In this document: in pieces, positions 57,118-64,000 of the stretch | Position numbering within the stretch: the stretch's first letter is position 1 | Layout of the letters: each line of letters starts with the position of its first letter | NCBI GenBank assembly: GCA_964016885.1 | Contig: OZ024741.1 | Coordinates: 184,512,001 to 184,576,000 of the forward strand | DNA: 64,000 nt | DNA from: Eledone cirrhosa | Lineage: Eukaryota | Reading direction: 5' to 3' | Program-made: the position numbers and the translations under genes | The notes under the pieces: generated by a model | The model's database searches: none | Told to the model about the DNA's origin: nothing | What the model saw: the letters and a program-made list of their open reading frames with translations, nothing else

Positions 57118-59250
57118 TGTTGAATACTACGTCTTGTCAGAATACTGACATCCCGTCATTGAACACTGCGCGACCATGCGCACGCAGGTGAATTTTCAGA
57201 CCGGCTTTTTTCTTTCAGGAACATTCATAGATGTGACACTTGAACTATCTGTCCCTTGGCAATACCGACAGGGGTATCTTCATGCATTCCACCATGCCTG
57301 GTCTGTCCCCCCGCTGACTTGAAATTAAGCCACACTTCCTGTAAATGTACTGTGCAGTCTCTAGTGGTAGAATCATTTTACAGTTGACTTAATTGTCCCT
57401 ATCTTGTGTGATTTCAGATAGGTGACAAATCCAGCTCCTGTCAGAGAAAATCGGCCACATACATTGCATCTCAATTTCTGTTGGATTTCTGTAGGTACTA
57501 CACTTGCATCCTCCTTAAGAAGTGAGCCCTTAAAAATATGACCATCCCAACGCATCTGGTTCATAATAATCATCCTCTCAGTAGGGATGATGCCAGCTTT
57601 CTCAAATACTGCAGCCTCGGGTGTGTAAGAGGACGATTTGATGTTCAGAATGTGTCGGATACAATGATGATGAAATATTTCCAGTTTCCTGATTTGATGC
57701 TTGTAAGTTGTCTATGCTTCGCATCCGTATAACAGGTCTGTAAGAACATAGGCCTCATACACAGAGAATTTTGTGTTTCACCTGAAACACCGATTTGGCC
57801 AGACACGCTTCTCAATCTTCCCGCCGGCAAGAGTGACTTTCGTAGTCCCGAGACCTATTTCAGCATCGAGAGTATTATCTTTACTAAGTGTACTTCCGAG
57901 ATAGTCAAAGCTGTCCACCACCTCAAGTCTTTCTCCTCTCACGAAAATGTCTGGTTCCACATACACTTCTCCAACTGGGGGGTGTACATTACGGATGTTG
58001 TTTTTATAATAATATTTAGCCCAACCACAGTATATGTATTGGAGAAATCTAACATCAACTGCATGTCCTCTACAATGTGTGCTACAAAATCTGCATCATC
58101 AGCATACACCAACTTCCTAACAAAAGTGCCAAATATTTTGGACTTTCTTAGATTAAAGATATTGACAGTGGTTGTAAGTCGCAATTATACACCGATTAAG
58201 TCCTGGAAGGCATATGTTAGCAGCACGGTAAGGTAGGTGGAGAAAAGAGTGGGTGCATGTATGGTGCTTTGTTTAACACCGTTTTCTACTGAATTTGTTC
58301 GCTTTTGCTTTAAATATTTTGATGGAGCTTTTTGAATGTTCCAACAAATTCATGAATTTTCTCCATATGACTCAATGCACTATGAATAACAGTATCGAAG
58401 GTTTTGTTTGTTAATGTACACAAATACTTAGTATATTGACACTTGCTGTTCCACATACATCTCCATAAGCTGACGGGCTGAGAAAATCATATCCCTAGTA
58501 CCCCGCCCAGCTCTGACTCCACACTGGGTTTCAGGGCTGGCACCAGAGCAGATCCATTTTATTGGACGATTAGGCCAAACTTCCTTGGACAAGGCTTTTC
58601 CTACCGATTCGAGCAGACTTATACCATGGTAATCATCGCATTCAAGCTTGGAGCAAAATTGCATTTAACCAATGTTGCGGGACAGGCTCAGCATGCCATA
58701 CAGATATGAAAAGTCCGTGAATAGCCATAGCAAAACTGACACTTCCAAAGTGAAATAGTTCAACAGGTGTTCCATCCAAACCTGGAGCTTTCCCTATGTT
58801 TATCTCTTTGATAATAGACCTTATCTCATCAATGTTTGGATCATTCATCATCTCTGTTACAATCTCCTTTTGCGGCACTCCATTAATAATTTCCTCATCA
58901 ACTACAGATAGGTTGTCAAACAGATCTTTAAAGTGTTCAGTTCACCGACTCAGGATTCCTGTTGGATCTTTGATGAGGTCGTTCCCATCTTTTGACTTCA
59001 ATGGTGTCATATTTGTGCTCTATAATGCCTTCAAACCTCTGTTGTTACAAACCCTCTGCATCACTGCTGAAACTTCAGACCACTAGTTATCCTTCATCTT
59101 TCGAGTTTTACATTTCAATTTTGATTTTGTATCTTCGAAGACCATCTCAAAAGTGTTCCTCACTGGATGTAAACCTGAACGTTATAGTGTCCTACTTACA
59201 TTCATCGAAAATTAAAGTAATTTCCCGCATGCTATGGCAAATACTCCCAT
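57118..59250 (-). mobile_element. Decayed RTE-clade LINE
   Basis: GKAPGLDGTPVE, YHGISLLESVGKAL, PETQCGVRAGRGTRDMIFSARQLME, LVYADDAD, FDYLGSTLS, QMRWDGH, CNVCGR...LKSH. Confidence 0.9.
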
Positions 59251-59407
59251 AGGAACGCTACTAAAGTAATTTCCCGCATGCTATGGCAAATATGTGTTGA
59301 TATATAAACAAAATAACCTTTTAACCAGTGTCGATGGTGTGAAATAGTATGTACGGTGCGTGCTTTTAGCAACGATAAGTCAAATAGATATATATATATA
59401 TATATTT

Positions 59408-60455
59408 AAAAAAATAGAGGTGTAACACACGAGTTATGATATATTAGTAAAAAGAAAAGAAAATGCTGACAAATTTTTCCCAGTGAAAAATAGTTTAATT
59501 AGGAATAAGTATAAATTAGTAATAAGTATTGGTTAGTATTCAGTTTTAGTTTTAATGTTTTACCGGTTGCGCATTTCTAATGCTTTTCAAAAATAATTTT
59601 GAGATAGAGCGCCCGTGATGTTTGCTCTAATCTGATCTGTTTTGGAAATTCTTCCCATTTTATGTGAAAAAAGTGGCTCCAGAGGTATTAAGATTTGGTT
59701 GGTTGTTGAATGTCACGTGAATGAGTACTATAAATTTCGCGCTAATTCGTGTTGCAAAAATTCTTGTAGTCAAAACAATTTTGATTGGTCGGTAGAGGTC
59801 ACGTGAATATTAAAAACTGATTTTGCGCCAAATTAGAAATATTCACTGAATATTCACTGAACCAGAACAATTCTCCCATCCCATTTCTCTTGACCATTAT
59901 CTTTTGCTTGTCATAAAATTCTCTAAAAAGGCTACAGAATAGATTTCCAAATAATGGCGCGAAAATTTAATGAAAACTTGTTCACGTGACAGCCATAATT
60001 TCATTTATAACGAATCAAATTACGTTAATTAAAAAGCCTTCGTGAGCCCCTTTTTTTTAAGTAAAAAGAAATTCAAACACTCATATATGAAAAAACAACC
60101 TGTGACCCTCCCCCCTTGTTTGAAGAATTTAGTAACGCGAACTGGCGCGAAATTTATTATAATTATTGACCAACCAATCAAATTACTTCTCGAAAAACCT
60201 GGCATTTAGAGCCACTTTTTTCCATATAAAACAAGTAACATTCAGAGACCAACCAGATGTGAGGAAAACCACAGACCCTCCATCTCAACTCTACTTTTGA
60301 AAAGCAGAAAAACTGCGAAACCGGTAAAGGAACCAAATAAATATATATTTTTTTTTTAAAGAAGACTCCTGTTGCATTTTCGATTTCATCTTTTTTTCTT
60401 TATACTTTCACTCGTGTAGGACACCGGTTATTTTTCATTTTGTAAAAAAAACCTC
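59408..60455. mobile_element. About 1 kb non-coding element with imperfect nested inverted termini (probable non-autonomous DNA transposon)
   Basis: ggtgtaacacacgagt (59419-59434) versus actcgtgtaggacacc (60410-60425); further inverted blocks (taccggtt.gcgca/tgcgaaaccggta, aagtggctc/gagccactt); (TA)n flanks; end copies at 15830 and 27231. Confidence 0.7.
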
Positions 60456-60457
60456 AC

Positions 60458-60524
<67 letters not shown>

Positions 60525-60525
60525 T

Positions 60526-60568
<43 letters not shown>

Positions 60569-61077
60569 TTAGAGAGAGAGAGATATCTGTGTAGTAACAT
60601 CTGCATACAATGGCAAGCACGTGTTGATATATAAAGAAAAACACTGTTATATTGCAACGTGAAATATCAATGTTCGGTACGGTGTTTGCTTTTGAGAGTA
60701 ACCGATTTGTGCAGTAAACACAGATTACAGGACAGTCGCTTATGTCAGCTCTCGGTGTCATAATAGATCATATACAGGTCTGCGGATATGCTGCCTTAGA
60801 TAGACTTGATAATAACAATTAATCGTTAGGGGGCGTGAGAAAGAATGCAATGGAATCTTAGGCAATGGTGGCCATTAGACAATTATTGTATTTAAATCTG
60901 ATACTAAGTAACTTACGTGAATGAATTTAACGATTTTTTAATACTTAACAGTACTTAATAGTTGTAAGAGGCAATTATATAAGTTTAAGTACATAACTGG
61001 ATGCGATGATAAATTGCCATGGTTCTCCAGTTTTAATATAGAAGAAATAACAAGAACAACAACAATAACAACAATAA

Positions 61078-62230
61078 TAATTGTTTCTACTTTAGGCACA
61101 AGGCCAGCAATCACCCAGTACATTACTGGTACTTTATTTTATCGACCCCGTAAAGATGAAAGGCAAAGTTAACATCGACGGGATTTGAACTCAGACTGTA
61201 AAGGGACGTAACTATGCTAGAAAGCATGGCGTCCAACCCTCTACCGATACTGCCAATTCACCGCCCTTATAATAATAATAAATTGTTTCTACTTTAGGCA
61301 AAAGGCCAGCAAACAACCAGTACATTACTGGTACCTTATTTTATCGACCCCGTAAGGATGAAAGCAAAGTTAACCTCGGCGGGATTTGAACTCAGATCAT
61401 AAAGGAAGGTAACTCTATGCTTCAAAGCAGGGCGTCCGGCCCTCTACCGATACTGCCAATCCACCGCCCTTATAATAATAATAATGGTTTCTGATTTAGG
61501 CACAAGGCCAGACATTTTGGGGAGGGGTAAAGGCGATTAAATCGACCCCAGTGCGAGACTGGTATTTTATTTTGTCGACCCCGTAAGGATGAAAGTTAAC
61601 ATTGGCGGGTTTTGAACTCAGAAAGTAAAGGGACGTAACTTTATGCTGCGCAGCTTGGTGTCCAACGCTCTGTCGATGCTGCCAAGAGTTACGGCCCTTT
61701 ATGATCTGGGTTCAAATCCCGCCGAGGTTAACTTTGCCTTTCATCCTTACGGGGTTGATAAAATAAAGCGCCAGTAATGCACTGGGGTCGATTTAATCGA
61801 CTTTCCCCTCCCCCAAAATTGCTGGCCTTGTGCCTATATAAGAAACCATTATTATGATAGAGGTTAACAGGGCGGTGGATTGGCAGTATAGGTAGATAGT
61901 CGGACGCCATGCTTTCCGGCATAGTTACGTCCCTTTACGATCTGAGTTCAAATCCCGCCGAGATTAACTTTGCCTTTCATCCTTACGGGGATCGATAAAA
62001 TAAAGTACCAGTAATGTACTGAGTTATTACTGGCCTTGTGCCAAAAGTAGAAACAATTATGATAGAGTTTCAGACACCATGCTTTGAAACATAGAGCTAT
62101 GGCTCTTTACGTTCTGAGTTCAAATCACGCTGAGGTTAACTTTGCTTTTCTTCCTTACAGGGTCGATAAAATGAAGCACCCGTAATGCACTGGGGTAATA
62201 ACCTGCCTTATGCCAAAAGTAGAGACAATT
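61078..62230. mobile_element. Cluster of six SINEs: three minus followed by three plus
   Basis: Minus 61078-61268, 61280-61470, 61485-61685; plus 61686-61850, 61870-62058, 62075-62230. Confidence 0.92.
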
Positions 62231-63913
62231 ATTATCCATTAAGTAGAGACAATTATTATTAACTTTCACAAAATAAAATATAAAGTTAGTATAAATATTT
62301 AGGAAATTATCAGAAATACTGCGAATTATTGTTATCCAATTACAATGGATATCGTTGATTATATTTTGGTATTCTTCGTTTCTTCAAATTGTAATGAAAA
62401 ACCATTATTCTAAAATATTCGTTGGTTTTGTGTTTACATGAGGATTTTTATTAATTTTTTTCATAATTGCATTATAGCAATCCGGGATATTCCTTGCTAA
62501 GCGACATAACGCTAACGTCAGAATCTCAACCTACCAGAAGATAGGTCACAAGTGATCAATGATTGGTGGAAAAAACATGCTAATTCGTGAAACAGAAAGA
62601 AACAAGAAAAGTATGATGTCTGTAATCTTCTTGTGTGCTATTTGATAGACACTTGACAGTACATAAAATCAAAAATATTAATTATATAGAAATATAAAGA
62701 AGGATGACAGAAAACCAACAAATAATGGATTGGCTTGAAAATTACAGAGTAACTTCAATCTCGGAGAGATAGAGGGAGAAGTAAGAAAGAGAGATGGATA
62801 AGAAAGAAACAGAGTGCTAGAGAGAAAGGGAAAAACTGTTAGTGATAGGCATCTATGGCATTGAGTCAGTAAGAATTTGGTACCCAAGAGAGGGGCAGAG
62901 AGAGGAAAATAAAGAGAGAGGGAGAAGGAGTTAGAGAGGGGGAGTCAAAGACAGATACAGAGAGAAATAGAGGATAAAATGAGACATTGTGGTGTAAATA
63001 AATGAAAATTTGAGAGAGTTTTGTGGCTACATACGTACATATTCTTAGGAATCAGAGGTTTCAAACGATATCACATGAACAATTTCAACAGTTTATGATT
63101 GCTAGAATCCCCAATGTATAGTGCTTTGATAAAGTCCATATCTGTCTGAAATACTTTGTAGGGGTCAATAAGGTGGTTGCCGTAAAGAGAGAAAAACATC
63201 TGTTTTCCCCACATATGTCTTTCCAAGCCGTTGATATATCTGTATCAAAAACGACGACAGCCATATTGGCCACTCTTTATGGCAGCAAACCTTATTGACA
63301 TAAAAAAAGACATCCTGGAATTCATTACCATTGTTTCCGAGATAGTCTCTCACTAGTTTCCTCGGGTCTTATTCATATTTGTCTAGTACCATTAACTATT
63401 TTCCTGTTTATGCTATATTAAATTATTCGTTGAGGCTTCTCTATTGTTTTACTCGTTTATATATCCCTCGGTGTTTAGTCAATTGTGAACCTGTCAACTG
63501 GCAGGCCGGTATTTTGAAGTGGTTAAATCTCTTTAGTTAGATTCCTTCGGATTAACGAAACTTTGAGTGTTATTTGTTTAAAAAACTGTTTTCAATAGTT
63601 TGTGTCAAGTCAGCTACTAGAAATGACAATGTAGTGAACTAAATGCTTTGCTGTAAATACTTTCTACATTTAGAGTTCAAATCCCGCTAGAGCCTGTCAT
63701 TTCGTGCTTCACAGTTAATTGTGGTTGATAAAATTGACACCAAAATATAATATATTATGGTCGTTACAATTAACTGGACCTCATTTCACCTCTTTTCACA
63801 AGCCTACTGTGCTGTTCTGCTTCTCTTCCATTCCTTCTACTCATAATCACCATCGTCTTCATTTCGATCATCATCATCATCATCATTAGCATCATCGTTA
63901 TCATCGTCGACGC

Positions 63914-64000
<87 letters not shown>
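63914..64000. repeat. (CAT)n microsatellite
   Basis: Perfect run to the window end. Confidence 0.97.

Noticed and set aside
59213-59292. 31 bp direct repeat with an 18 bp spacer
   Set aside because: Only two copies; best explained as a local duplication at the LINE truncation point.
63060-63360. Unique-looking stretch with short ORFs as a possible host exon
   Set aside because: No recognisable protein motif or convincing splice-site pair; the same applies to 51640-51810 and 2244-2480.

Overview
AT-rich, microsatellite-saturated eukaryotic non-coding DNA (intron or intergenic). The SINE sequence and the (TA)n/(CA)n/(TATG)n load suggest an octopus or other coleoid cephalopod (inference). I found no convincing host protein-coding gene, and nearly all listed ORFs are translations of simple repeats. 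The recognisable content is decayed mobile DNA: two Penelope-like elements (RT plus C-terminal GIY-YIG, one with inverted pseudo-LTRs), an R4/Dong-type LINE sitting in (CATA)n, two RTE-type LINEs, a Tx1/L1 3' end, more than 15 copies of a tRNA-derived SINE, and hAT and Tigger-like MITEs. The most striking signal is a dense set of type I hammerhead ribozyme motifs (CTGAnGA - stem II - GAAA - short, often palindromic stem III - NUH). About 20 intact or decayed motifs fall in several unrelated short elements that sit in (TA)n tracts. They occur as tandem 416-490 bp units (retrozyme-like, potentially circular RNA) or as fold-back palindromes with one ribozyme per arm. All structures were read by eye, and coordinates may be off by a few bases.
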